A DNA stretch of 20,000 nt from an uncultured virus (IMG/VR IMGVR_UViG_3300044646_002851) (IMGVR_UViG_3300044646_002851); one strand, 5' to 3'. Positions 1-9,354 are shown, numbered from the stretch's first letter. The notes: a model not told the origin generated them from the letters alone. A program made the numbers and translations.

Positions 1-143
1 CTTGTAATTTCAATCTCGAAGCGAGGAATATCAGATTTAGACAGCAAGTCATTAATGGTTTTAATGGCTTGCTGTTCAATTTTATCCTTTGATAATTGAG
101 ATTTTATTTTCCACTTTAGATGTGCATTAATCTCATACTTCAT
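1..143 (-). CDS. hypothetical protein, partial (runs off window start)
   Basis: ATG at 141-143 overlaps the stop of the upstream ORF (ATGA coupling); open frame MKYEINAHLKWKIKSQLSKDKIEQQAIKTINDLLSKSDIPRFEIEIT to the window edge. Confidence 0.7.
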   Translation of the reverse strand, partial: MKYEINAHLKWKIKSQLSKDKIEQQAIKTINDLLSKSDIPRFEIEIT

Positions 144-397
144 GAAAACTCTTCATTCATTACATCCGCTTCAGCCTGAGAGTATAAAAGCTCATAAACC
201 ATTAATCCACAATAGGCGGTAAGTAATTTATTTTTAGAAGTTTGTGAAAAAGACTTAATCCATTTGCTTACAAGAGGATTTACTTCTTCGATTTCCAAAA
301 GTCTTTTTTTAATATACTCATAATCATCGGCATTTTGTAAATTTCCAATAAGAGAATATGTCGTTTCTGTTTTAACTACTGGCAAATATTTTTGCAT
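140..397 (-). CDS. hypothetical protein
   Basis: 85-aa ORF tightly packed in the minus-strand run; no recognisable motif. Confidence 0.75.
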   Translation of the reverse strand: MQKYLPVVKTETTYSLIGNLQNADDYEYIKKRLLEIEEVNPLVSKWIKSFSQTSKNKLLTAYCGLMVYELLYSQAEADVMNEEFS

Positions 398-404
398 AAA
401 TAAC

Positions 405-1292
405 CTAATTGATTTTTATCAAGGTGTAATCATTGAATACCTGCTGCATCTGAAAGTCTGGAAAACCTTTACCATATGGTGGTCGTATAATTCTCGATGC
501 AACGATCTTTGTATTTTTAAAGAATTCTTCGACAGGTGATTTGACTACATCGTGAGATACTATCTTAAATTTAGCCCTCTGAAACCACTTGGTATTATCT
601 GCCAATGGATGATATGTTTTTTGTTTTATGTCATTTTCCAAACCAATTTGCTTTAATTCATCTTCAGTGAATACAAGTTGCACAAATGCTTTGTTTAACT
701 TGCGATATTGATGAGTTCCATGTCTGGAAGTAATTGGATGACATCGAACATATACCTTAGAATTCTCATCCATCAATTCACGCAATGAAGACAAAATCGC
801 AACTGGATCATCCGCATGATCCAAAACATCATATAAAACTATAGAATCATATGGAGCATTAGCCTTTACCTTTTCAAAGTCGGTAGTTAACAAAAAATTT
901 CCATCTTCTTGATTCCAAGTGAAATTTTCAGATGTTTTAATGTCATATCCAATAGACTTTTTGGCTCCTAATCCAGCCACATGCTTAACAACATGACCTT
1001 CTCCGCATCCAAAATCCAAGAAACTTTTTCCATTTAATTCCAAGCCAAGATAGGAGACAATTCCATCTGCTCTTTCGATTTTGTCTTTTTCATTTTCTTC
1101 ACAAATCAAAAAATCAGGTGCAGCTTGCGGCCAACTTTCAGAATTCAAAAGTTTTTTAAGCTCTTCAAAAACATCTTTGCTATCTAATTCTGGTGATTTA
1201 TTTCTCACTTCTGATGCAGTAACAACACCATTCTCTTCTTTTAATATTTCTAAAACTTCTTCGAGCTTTTTTATAATTTTGCCAACATCCAT
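405..1292 (-). CDS. class I SAM-dependent methyltransferase
   Basis: Motif I FLDFGCGEGH, acidic GYDI after beta-2, YDSIVLYDVLDH; GGAG RBS upstream. Confidence 0.85.
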   Translation of the reverse strand: MDVGKIIKKLEEVLEILKEENGVVTASEVRNKSPELDSKDVFEELKKLLNSESWPQAAPDFLICEENEKDKIERADGIVSYLGLELNGKSFLDFGCGEGHVVKHVAGLGAKKSIGYDIKTSENFTWNQEDGNFLLTTDFEKVKANAPYDSIVLYDVLDHADDPVAILSSLRELMDENSKVYVRCHPITSRHGTHQYRKLNKAFVQLVFTEDELKQIGLENDIKQKTYHPLADNTKWFQRAKFKIVSHDVVKSPVEEFFKNTKIVASRIIRPPYGKGFPDFQMQQVFNDYTLIKIN

Positions 1293-1336
1293 AAATCAAT
1301 CTCCATAGTTATTCATACATCTATAATAGATAGATT

Positions 1337-1957
1337 ATGAAATTATTTATTGTAAATAGCAGCATTTGTTTGCTCAAAAAAATTATTGAAAAAGGGTTCA
1401 TGAGAAAGGTTAATTTGTGTAAAATTAACAATGATAGATGTAAAGATATATCCCTTGGAACTAATAAGTTTATATATCACTTGGCAAATAATGATTATCT
1501 TATTGATGAGGATTTTGTTGGTGTTGCGGATGCTTCGTGGAATATGAAATTCAAAAACACATGTAAAATGCAATATTTAAATGCTGCGACATTCAATAAT
1601 GATGTAATCTACAGTCCGTGCGTTAGCATGACATGGTATGATGATAGTATTGTGAAAATGCCAGAAACAAAAGAATTGATGGATGATGTTTTAAATAGAA
1701 ACTCATTTTCAAAAAAATATGAAACAAGTATATTTAGCAATAATTTTGTTTGTCATAAAGATATAATGAGAAAATACATTGTTTGGTTTGCTGATAATTT
1801 TGATTATTTTTTTGATAAGTATAAAAATACATTCATTGGAAAAATGAAAAACAAAAACGGTTTCTTTTACGAAAGATTAACATCAATTTACTTTGCAAAT
1901 CAAGACTATAAGGTTGAACCAATTTTAAGTTCAGAAAATTATTTCAAATTAATTTAA
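1337..1957 (+). CDS. DUF4422-like glycosyltransferase-associated protein
   Basis: NNFVCHKDIMRKYIVWF and GFFYERLTSIYF resemble the DUF4422-type NMFIM..F..YC.WLF / GF..ERL motifs; start could be 1400. Confidence 0.55.
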   Translation: MKLFIVNSSICLLKKIIEKGFMRKVNLCKINNDRCKDISLGTNKFIYHLANNDYLIDEDFVGVADASWNMKFKNTCKMQYLNAATFNNDVIYSPCVSMTWYDDSIVKMPETKELMDDVLNRNSFSKKYETSIFSNNFVCHKDIMRKYIVWFADNFDYFFDKYKNTFIGKMKNKNGFFYERLTSIYFANQDYKVEPILSSENYFKLI

Positions 1958-2388
1958 GATTCAATTTTTTTTATCACTTTTCTTTGATTCTCTCTTTCCT
2001 GCATGTAATAAGATATGCCCTTGCGTATTTGTTCTTCTTTATCTGCAGAAACACTACCAAATTTTATATGATCGCTAATTCTAATGAATTTAGCCATAAT
2101 ATCATTATCATATCCAAACAAACTTAATTCTCTAATTCTTGAATTAACTTCACAAACAATTTTATTTTCGATTTCTTGATCTGTCATTTTTGCCAAACTA
2201 AGATCAACAAGTGCTGGAACTCTTCTAATTTTTTCCCACAGCCATATGGGAATTACCAAGGTGTGTCCATCCCCTTCGCTTTTTTCTACCTCAATTTCAG
2301 ACAAATCAAGGTAGATGTTCTTATCATCAAAGCATTGATGGTAAATTTTATAGGACTCGCCAGAAAGCAATATTTTCTTTGTTCCCAT
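1954..2388 (-). CDS. conserved hypothetical protein
   Basis: ORF with likely start at ATG 2388 (MGTKK...YHQCFDDKNIYL); function unknown. Confidence 0.7.
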   Translation of the reverse strand: MGTKKILLSGESYKIYHQCFDDKNIYLDLSEIEVEKSEGDGHTLVIPIWLWEKIRRVPALVDLSLAKMTDQEIENKIVCEVNSRIRELSLFGYDNDIMAKFIRISDHIKFGSVSADKEEQIRKGISYYMQERENQRKVIKKIES

Positions 2389-2431
2389 GAAAATAAAAGA
2401 GATAACCAATAAGATATTGCTTGATAAAAAT

Positions 2432-2460
2432 TTGAATATTTTTTTTTACAATCTTATGAT
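2432..2460 (+). promoter_or_regulatory. sigma70-like promoter (TTGAAT-17-TATGAT) for the HNH pair; near-leaderless mRNA
   Basis: -35 at 2432-2437, 17-nt spacer, -10 at 2455-2460, ATG at 2470. Confidence 0.5.
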
Positions 2461-2469
2461 TATATTAAG

Positions 2470-2814
2470 ATGGGGAAAAAAATAACAAATTGGTTGAAAG
2501 AATACAAATCTACACTTTCTTGTGTATATTGCGGAATAAGCCATCCAGCACTAATTGACTTTCATCATAACGATCCAGAACTTAAAAAAAACAACATATC
2601 ATCACTAAAATCTAAAGACGAAATTATGAAAGAGATAAAAAATTGCACAACTGTGTGTGCTAATTGTCATAGAAAATTACATTCCGGGGTTATTTTATGC
2701 CTTACAAAGATCCAGAAAAAAGAAAAGAGTATTCCAAAAAATATAACAAATTATGGTATCAAAACAACAGACCAAAAAGATTGGAACAAATCAGGAAAAG
2801 AAAAAAAAATATAA
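2470..2814 (+). CDS. small HNH-like zinc-binding endonuclease domain protein
   Basis: CxxC..HPALIDFHH..C..VCANCHRKLH. Confidence 0.7.
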   Translation: MGKKITNWLKEYKSTLSCVYCGISHPALIDFHHNDPELKKNNISSLKSKDEIMKEIKNCTTVCANCHRKLHSGVILCLTKIQKKEKSIPKNITNYGIKTTDQKDWNKSGKEKKI

Positions 2815-3026
2815 GAAAACAATTAAATGAATATAAAATAGAAAATAAATGTTTCAAATGCAAAGAAGATCATCCAGCAGCTTTAGATTTTCATCATATT
2901 GAAGATAAGAATTTTTTGGTAAGCAAAATGATAGGTGATGGATATAGCATAAATTCTATTATGAATGAGGTAAAAAAATGCATGCTGCTCTGTGCTAATT
3001 GCCATAGATTAGAACACTACAGATAA
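2697..3026 (+). CDS. small HNH-like zinc-binding endonuclease domain protein
   Basis: MPYKDPEKRKEY basic N-terminus, CxxC..HPAALDFHH..LCANCHRLEH; GGGG RBS-like run before ATG 2697. Confidence 0.75.
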   Translation: MPYKDPEKRKEYSKKYNKLWYQNNRPKRLEQIRKRKKNIRKQLNEYKIENKCFKCKEDHPAALDFHHIEDKNFLVSKMIGDGYSINSIMNEVKKCMLLCANCHRLEHYR

Positions 3027-3050
3027 ACACAAAGCAGCAGCATATGATTT

Positions 3051-3800
3051 TTAACTAGCGATTTCGGCAAAAATATCATTCAAATCTTTAATGCTTTTGC
3101 TCTTAGCATTGAAAAATCCTGTAGATTTTTCCTTGTTTACAAGTTTAAACAATTTAAAGAATGCTATGCATTTGGTTGCATGATGCATTTTAATCTTTGG
3201 CAAAGTAACATCACGATAAGATCCAGATTTGCCATATTTCTTAACAGATCTAAAACAAGAAACCAATGGCTCTATCTGAAAGTAATCCAAGCTTTTAACA
3301 AAATCAAACATATCCCGCACAACATCTAATCCTATGTAATTGTTGTGGTACTTTGTAGCAAGTACAAGAAATTCTCCAGAAACAAAAAATCCATTCTTAG
3401 ATGACTTGGAAGGTTTGATAGATTTTTTCTTAGGATCATTATTCTTGATGGGCTTTTGAGTGTCATCAAATTCACTCTTCCAAACTTTAATCTTATCTTT
3501 AAGACCATCAACAATGTGCTGACATTCTTTTCGAAGAACATCATCAAAACTAATAATTGTTTTGTTTTTGGCGATAGCCATATCAATGTCACTACATTCC
3601 ATTAATGTGGTGATAGCATGATTTACCATCGACTTTCTATTGTTTTCGAAACAATCAATAATGTTTTTTTCTATAGTAGAAGCGACATCATCAATAGCTT
3701 GCATACAAATAATTATTTCCGAGACAACAGCCTTTTCATTGTCGGCATTAACATTGTCAATTGCAGATTCATCAATAGATGAATTTAATACATCAGCCAT
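3051..3800 (-). CDS. hypothetical protein
   Basis: 249-aa ORF with AAGGAG RBS; acidic N-terminal region and basic linker. Confidence 0.8.
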   Translation of the reverse strand: MADVLNSSIDESAIDNVNADNEKAVVSEIIICMQAIDDVASTIEKNIIDCFENNRKSMVNHAITTLMECSDIDMAIAKNKTIISFDDVLRKECQHIVDGLKDKIKVWKSEFDDTQKPIKNNDPKKKSIKPSKSSKNGFFVSGEFLVLATKYHNNYIGLDVVRDMFDFVKSLDYFQIEPLVSCFRSVKKYGKSGSYRDVTLPKIKMHHATKCIAFFKLFKLVNKEKSTGFFNAKSKSIKDLNDIFAEIAS

Positions 3801-3816
3801 GAAAACTACTCCTTAA

Positions 3817-3851
3817 GAAAAATTGACCAGTCGCCAACATAACGACTGGTC
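3817..3851 (-). terminator. intrinsic terminator after 3863..4753
   Basis: GACCAGTCG-9nt-CGACTGGTC stem (3825-3851) followed on the minus strand by AAUUUUUC. Confidence 0.7.
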
Positions 3852-3862
3852 GAGAACCAAAA

Positions 3863-4753
3863 TCAGTTAAAAGCACTCGTGCCAAGAATGTCAGCAGCAG
3901 CACTAATCTTTCGATTGCTTTGCTCAACAGGATTGTCATTGATGGCAAATTTAGCGTAGCTTGGATAAGATACTGGAATTAACAAACTAAATATGCCGAG
4001 CAATTCATCGGAAGATCGTGCGTAATTACAAACCCTTTCAAGAAATCCAGTCCTAACTGTAACGCCACTATCACGCTGAATCATGGCTATTTTTTCATCG
4101 TCAGTTAAGGGTTCAAATGTTCCAGCAATTTTTGCAGATAGAAATGCTGCGAGTTTTCGACCCGCACTTTTTTCAACATCTGTCGCCAAAACAAATTCAC
4201 GATTAGATCCAAAATGACCATTCAAAAGATCGCCAATTGGTCGGACACCAATGACAGGGTTCAACATTAGCTCGTTATGAACCAATTTTTCAGAATCGCT
4301 AGAATGCAAGCCAACATCACAAAAAGCTGCTATGTAAACAGATTTTGCATCTTGACCATCAAGAACTTCTGGCAATCTAACCTTAAATTTATCGGTAAAC
4401 AACCAAGAAGCGATATGATCTTCTTTGCCGTCCTTATCTATCGCCAATTGCGGGTTAGAAGGACGATTACGAGCCTCATAAAACTTAGCCACATATTCTT
4501 GCAAACAAATGTTATTTAGAGCATCTTTGCTCATCTCAAGTCTCTGAAGGACTGGTTCAGATAAAGTTTTAGCTTCAACCCACTGTCTAAAAATATCCTT
4601 ACCATGTTCGTTAAAATCAATTCGCCACTTTTGAGCCTTGCCTTTAGCCACTGGTGCTATTGCAGGGAGTGATGCGACCAAAGAGTCTAAAATACTTGTT
4701 ACGCTTTGCACTACTGTGTTAGAGGCTTCTGCGGATTTGGATTTCTTTGCCAT
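3863..4753 (-). CDS. hypothetical protein
   Basis: 296-aa ORF with AAGGA RBS, own promoter and terminator; more GC-rich than its neighbours. Confidence 0.85.
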   Translation of the reverse strand: MAKKSKSAEASNTVVQSVTSILDSLVASLPAIAPVAKGKAQKWRIDFNEHGKDIFRQWVEAKTLSEPVLQRLEMSKDALNNICLQEYVAKFYEARNRPSNPQLAIDKDGKEDHIASWLFTDKFKVRLPEVLDGQDAKSVYIAAFCDVGLHSSDSEKLVHNELMLNPVIGVRPIGDLLNGHFGSNREFVLATDVEKSAGRKLAAFLSAKIAGTFEPLTDDEKIAMIQRDSGVTVRTGFLERVCNYARSSDELLGIFSLLIPVSYPSYAKFAINDNPVEQSNRKISAAADILGTSAFN

Positions 4754-4816
4754 GATACATAGTTCCTTTCGAGCAAAATCATTTTTTACAACAAGCCCAT
4801 TGCTGTTGTTGAAATA

Positions 4817-4844
4817 AGCTTATTGCAAAAAAGAAAACTGTAAA
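4817..4844 (-). promoter_or_regulatory. putative promoter TTTACA-16-TAAGCT
   Basis: Read on the minus strand upstream of ATG 4753; parallels the TTTACG-16-TAAGAT element at 11117-11144. Confidence 0.4.
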
Positions 4845-4888
4845 GTAATTTTTAAAAAATACATAAAAACGACATAAGTCTTTATGAA

Positions 4889-5761
4889 TCAATGATTTGA
4901 GATTAAAATTGTCTGTTCGCCCATTAAAATATAACTTTGAAGAAATGAAGCGTGTGGCAAATCAAGATCATTTAACACTTTAATTAATTCATTACCTTCT
5001 TCAATTTGTCTTTTTAAAATATCATAATTTTTTTTGTCTAAAAGCAACTTTATCATATCAACACAATCATAATATTTTAAAATTACAGATTCACTCATTG
5101 ATTTTGGATCAAGATAAAAATATTTCAAAATTTTTTCTACAAAATCGTTGTAATGCAATTGACCATTGGTGTGATGCATCCATCCAGCACACATTAAATT
5201 TATCTTATCATTATAATTGAGATTTGGATCATATGCCATTTCTTGTGTTGTAGACATCAAATGAGATTTGACGGTAATATCATCAAACAAAAAATCATTT
5301 TTATGAAAAGCCAAAGAATTATATTTAGCGTAATGAATGTCTTTGTGTAAAAACAATTCAGAAACATAAACTGAACAATTTTTACAAGAAGCGTCACCAT
5401 TAATTTTATCGCCATTATTCTTAAAAGTGTGCGAACAAGAAGAAACTATTTTATATTTATTGAAAGCAGCTTTTTCCGCTTCTTCTAAATTTATACCATA
5501 TCCTGTAATCCAAATTCTTTGTTTTTGCCATTTTTCAAAAATAAAAACATCTGGCATACTTATGTTTTCTGGAATGGGATGAAAGATTGCAAAAAGATAT
5601 TTGTAATCGACATCCTTTTTGGTCTTCATTTTTCCTTCTTTTATGTAAGAAATATCACTAGTCGATATTTTCACAAAAGAATCTGACGACCAAGGATAAA
5701 CGCAAGAATAAGTGCCACCATCATATTCAACATTAGACAACATATTCTTTACCATTGTCAT
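4889..5761 (-). CDS. hypothetical protein (CxxC; weak HD-like AGWMHH segment)
   Basis: 290-aa ORF overlapping the end of the sigma factor gene. Confidence 0.75.
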   Translation of the reverse strand: MTMVKNMLSNVEYDGGTYSCVYPWSSDSFVKISTSDISYIKEGKMKTKKDVDYKYLFAIFHPIPENISMPDVFIFEKWQKQRIWITGYGINLEEAEKAAFNKYKIVSSCSHTFKNNGDKINGDASCKNCSVYVSELFLHKDIHYAKYNSLAFHKNDFLFDDITVKSHLMSTTQEMAYDPNLNYNDKINLMCAGWMHHTNGQLHYNDFVEKILKYFYLDPKSMSESVILKYYDCVDMIKLLLDKKNYDILKRQIEEGNELIKVLNDLDLPHASFLQSYILMGEQTILISNH

Positions 5762-6692
5762 TAATTGTTTCCCTCATATAAAACAAAAACTTTTCTTTCA
5801 ATTGTCTAACTCTCTCTTTGGTAATTCCAAGCCTTCCGCTTATTTCTTCTAAATTTTTCCTTTTCCTTCCATTTAAGCCGTAATATTCTTCGACAATTTT
5901 AATTTGTCTTCTTACATCTTTATGCTGAAATCTAAATTTGACTAAACGAATAATCTTATTGATATAAAGTGCATTTTCTTTTTGATGTAATTCTAATTCA
6001 AAATCTTCATTAGAAGCAGCAGCATCTTCGCAAATTTCATCAGATGTAAAATAATTTTCTATTGTATAAACCACTGGTTCTGCTTTCATTTTTCTTAGCT
6101 TAATTCCACGAAAAAAATTGTTTTTTATAACCCAAATACAATATGTTGAAAATTTATTTCCAAGTGTATAATTGAAATAATCTACACTTTTTATCACATC
6201 AAGAAAAGCATCAGATAATGAAAATTCAGAATTACATTCATGTGCTTTATTGTATGTGTTTGTGTTTCTTTTGAAATCATTCGTCAAAATATAAGATGCT
6301 AATCGAAAATTAGAATTAGCTATTTGATTTCGAATATTCAAATAGTTTTGTAGCATTCTTTCAATTTCTCGCACTATTTTTATAGTTGGCTTTTGCTCAC
6401 TAATAAAATCAATTAGCTTCTTGCATTGATATTTGTAATAATTCATTTTTTTAAAAAGATGATATTCTTGCTCTTTGGTAAGCAATGGCTCTTCATAGAA
6501 AGGTCGCATTTCTATAGTTTTGTTTTCTTTTCTTAAATTATCTGACTTGATTTTTTCTTTTTCAAAAATATCTTTATTTGGGATTTCTCCCAATATGTGA
6601 TCTATTTTTTCTTTATTGTCAAAGTCTGGATGGTAAAAAACCTTTATATTCAAATTAAGCAACGATTCTACTCTTTTTGAAATCTTTCCCAT
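5733..6692 (-). CDS. RNA polymerase sigma-70 family factor (planctomycete-type)
   Basis: PLLTKEQEYHLFKKMNY, region 2 RNQIANSNFRLA...FNYTLGNKFSTYCIW, region 4 LEEISGRLGITKERVRQLKEK. Confidence 0.9.
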   Translation of the reverse strand: MGKISKRVESLLNLNIKVFYHPDFDNKEKIDHILGEIPNKDIFEKEKIKSDNLRKENKTIEMRPFYEEPLLTKEQEYHLFKKMNYYKYQCKKLIDFISEQKPTIKIVREIERMLQNYLNIRNQIANSNFRLASYILTNDFKRNTNTYNKAHECNSEFSLSDAFLDVIKSVDYFNYTLGNKFSTYCIWVIKNNFFRGIKLRKMKAEPVVYTIENYFTSDEICEDAAASNEDFELELHQKENALYINKIIRLVKFRFQHKDVRRQIKIVEEYYGLNGRKRKNLEEISGRLGITKERVRQLKEKFLFYMRETINDNGKEYVV

Positions 6693-6728
6693 AACTTTAT
6701 ATTCCCTTTATAAAAAAGTCATAGGTAT

Positions 6729-6757
6729 AGTTTATTTTATAAAATAAACTATTGCAA
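6729..6757 (-). promoter_or_regulatory. sigma70-like promoter TTGCAA-17-TAAACT overlapped by a 26-bp perfect palindrome
   Basis: -35 at 6757-6752, -10 at 6734-6729; palindrome ATAGTTTATTTTATAAAATAAACTAT at 6727-6752. Confidence 0.6.
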
Positions 6758-6764
6758 GAAGATT

Positions 6765-7112
6765 TTACTCATATAAATCTTTTCCATCCAATTTATTTAT
6801 TATTTTTTTACGAACTAGATCTGTTGCTGTTTCTAAAATTTTTATAGATAAGGCTGGTGGGATATGAAAGCAATCTACAAATATGCCTTTATTAGTTGCT
6901 TTTACCAGTATGACAGAATTGAGTTCTCTATTATTTATCTCATGGACTATTTGATCCATTGTCGCTAATTCAAGATATTCTTTAAGATTTTTAGATTTGT
7001 CTGATTTTAATGTCTGTATTTCAATCACTAATTTTGAAATACAGAGATATGAGATTGATATCAATAAAAGGAAAAGACATATAGTTAAAAAAAATATCGC
7101 ATTCACATTCAC
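6765..7112 (-). CDS. hypothetical membrane-anchored protein
   Basis: N-terminal hydrophobic helix AIFFLTICLFLLLISISYLCI; likely GTG start at 7112 or 7106, coupled to the upstream stop. Confidence 0.7.
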   Translation of the reverse strand: MNVNAIFFLTICLFLLLISISYLCISKLVIEIQTLKSDKSKNLKEYLELATMDQIVHEINNRELNSVILVKATNKGIFVDCFHIPPALSIKILETATDLVRKKIINKLDGKDLYE

Positions 7113-7525
7113 CTCGATGACCAAAAAACCCCGCATTCCTTGTACTTTGATATGTCTCGCAAATAAATATAAGCTTCTGCCGTTTTGCGATGTAAAACTT
7201 GGAATGTTTTATTATGTACTGGTAGCTGGAACAAATTTATTTCTTCTAAATTAATTAATTCCCTAGAATACATTTCATGTGCCACACCCTCAATTTTATC
7301 TAATTTATCTATGCATTCATCGTTTACTTCATATAGTTCTCCATAAATTTTTCTTCCTGATGCAATTTCGGGCTTGGCGTGTATTAATCCCGGAAAACCA
7401 GATAGATCAAATAATGCATAATTATCGGTAGTTCTAGCCACACCAATATATCTTTGGTCTGACAAAGCACCTTCTCTAGAATGTCCACCCTTCAATGTTC
7501 CATAAACAAAAATCAAATGGCTCAT
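7109..7525 (-). CDS. gamma-glutamylcyclotransferase (AIG2-like/YtfP) family protein
   Basis: IFVYGTLK, FPGL, IYGELYEV, LDKIEG motifs. Confidence 0.9.
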   Translation of the reverse strand: MSHLIFVYGTLKGGHSREGALSDQRYIGVARTTDNYALFDLSGFPGLIHAKPEIASGRKIYGELYEVNDECIDKLDKIEGVAHEMYSRELINLEEINLFQLPVHNKTFQVLHRKTAEAYIYLRDISKYKECGVFWSSR

Positions 7526-7537
7526 ATCGATATATCC

Positions 7538-8065
7538 TTATAATTCAGATTCTACTTTTATCAATTCCACCTTGTAATCATACAACGAAATGCAAAAGTT
7601 TATCAGAAAATCATTATAAAATTCTTTTTTTATAACTTTTCTATCCCTAAACCATCTAACATGTATACGAAATACCTTTTCCCAAAATAATTCAGAAGCA
7701 CAAACAACAGAACAATCATATATTTGCTTAGAATCAAATAGACGAGCAACTTTAGCCCTATGCTCAATGCTCTCTAATGAAGCAATTAAATCTTTAGATT
7801 GTTTTGATGATTTTGAAAAACATTGAATTTCACAGTCTTTATTCAATGATATTCTTGCAGACAAAGGACTTGAAACATACAAAGTGTGACTTTCTCTGCG
7901 ACCATTCAATATCGCTACAATATCGCCTTTTATAAATTCTTGATTAGTCAAATTCAATGGTTCTGATGAAACAACTATAGTCTTAATTCCATCTTCACCA
8001 AGAACTTTTACTGTCTCAGAAAAATTTTGAAAGTTTTTAGAATCATAATCAATGTAAGCATTCAT
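7538..8065 (-). CDS. hypothetical protein
   Basis: 175-aa ORF packed between clpX and the GGCT gene. Confidence 0.75.
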   Translation of the reverse strand: MNAYIDYDSKNFQNFSETVKVLGEDGIKTIVVSSEPLNLTNQEFIKGDIVAILNGRRESHTLYVSSPLSARISLNKDCEIQCFSKSSKQSKDLIASLESIEHRAKVARLFDSKQIYDCSVVCASELFWEKVFRIHVRWFRDRKVIKKEFYNDFLINFCISLYDYKVELIKVESEL

Positions 8066-8088
8066 CGTGCGTTAATATCCCGATTAAT

Positions 8089-9354
8089 TTAGAATGTTTT
8101 TTCAACAAGTGCTTGATCGACAACCATTCTTCCTTCAATGTTCGTAATATCAAACATAATATCATTCATAACCGCCTCTACAACAGTGCGTAATCCTCTT
8201 GCTCCAGTCTTTTTATCTAAAGCTATCTTTGCCATAGTTTTTATGGCTTCTTCTGTGAATTGAAGGTCTACCTCATCGTAGTAAAACAACTTTTGATACT
8301 GACGAAGTAAAGCATTTTTTGGCTCCATCAGAATCCGAATCAGATCATCTTCGTTCATTGGATGAATAGGGGCTTGAACAGGTAATCTTCCTACAAATTC
8401 TGGTATCATGCCAAATTCAATAATATCTTCATTAGTTATATTATTGATAATATCAATCTCGCTAAATTCCTTCTTATCTAATGAAGAAAATCCAATTTTA
8501 CTTTTGCCAAGTCTTCTGGCTACTATATCATTAATTCCAGAAAATGTACCTCCGCAAATGAAAAGTATATTTGTCGTATCCACTCTTAAAAAAGATTGTT
8601 CTGGATGCTTTCTGCCTCCTTGTGGCGGAACATTGCAAACACTTCCTTCAATGATTTTAAGCAATGATTGCTGAACGCCTTCGCCACTAACATCTCTGGT
8701 TATAGACATATTCTTCGAGGTTTTTGCAATTTTATCAATTTCATCTATGTAGATAATTCCAACTTGTGCTTTTTCTATATCGTAATTTGTTTCTCGAAGT
8801 AATTTTACAATTAGGTTTTCGACATCTTCACCTACATAGCCAGCTTGAGTAAGTACAGTCGCATCACCAATTGCAAAAGGAACTTGCAAAAAATCAGCCA
8901 AACTTTTCGCCAATAAAGTTTTTCCACAACCAGTAGGACCAATCATCATAATGTTAGATTTTTCAATCTCAACATCTTGTAATGATTTTGGTAGTTTTAA
9001 TACTCCAGAATAATCATTGATTCTCTTGTAATGATTGCTAACAGCAACAGCTAATTTTTTCTTGGCAGATTCTTGACCAACAACATGCTTGTCCAAATGA
9101 CTCACTACATCTTTTGGATCTATAGTGACCTTTCGGACATTGGTTGGTATTATTGACGACTTTTTTTTGGGAAATTCTTTCAATTGTAAGGAAGAATGAA
9201 TTAAGCCAACACAATTCGAGCAAATATAACTTTTTGATCCAACCTTTTTCCCATTTCTAATTTTAGATAAGGGAGAACTCTCCAACAATGTTGATCCATT
9301 TGCTGCTGTCTTTTCACAAAACTCACACCAGAAACTATTCTTAATTTTTGACAT
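8089..9354 (-). CDS. clpX: ATP-dependent Clp protease ATP-binding subunit ClpX
   Basis: N-terminal C4 zinc-binding domain, Walker A GPTGCGKT, GYVG pore loop, Walker B IDEIDK, RDVSGEGVQQ, RKH loop, IGF loop, GARGLR; AAGGAG RBS favours start 9354. Confidence 0.95.
   Translation of the reverse strand: MSKIKNSFWCEFCEKTAANGSTLLESSPLSKIRNGKKVGSKSYICSNCVGLIHSSLQLKEFPKKKSSIIPTNVRKVTIDPKDVVSHLDKHVVGQESAKKKLAVAVSNHYKRINDYSGVLKLPKSLQDVEIEKSNIMMIGPTGCGKTLLAKSLADFLQVPFAIGDATVLTQAGYVGEDVENLIVKLLRETNYDIEKAQVGIIYIDEIDKIAKTSKNMSITRDVSGEGVQQSLLKIIEGSVCNVPPQGGRKHPEQSFLRVDTTNILFICGGTFSGINDIVARRLGKSKIGFSSLDKKEFSEIDIINNITNEDIIEFGMIPEFVGRLPVQAPIHPMNEDDLIRILMEPKNALLRQYQKLFYYDEVDLQFTEEAIKTMAKIALDKKTGARGLRTVVEAVMNDIMFDITNIEGRMVVDQALVEKTF

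Noticed and set aside
395..403. CATAAATAA on the plus strand (also on the minus strand near 14567-14574)
   Set aside because: It points antisense into a gene or straight into a terminator; at 395 it is just the reverse complement of TTATTTATG at a start codon.
2983..3039. Inverted repeat TGCTGCTCTGTG ... CACAAAGCAGCA at the convergent gene junction
   Set aside because: Long loop of about 33 nt, a mismatch, one arm inside coding sequence and no adjacent U-tract; probably chance.
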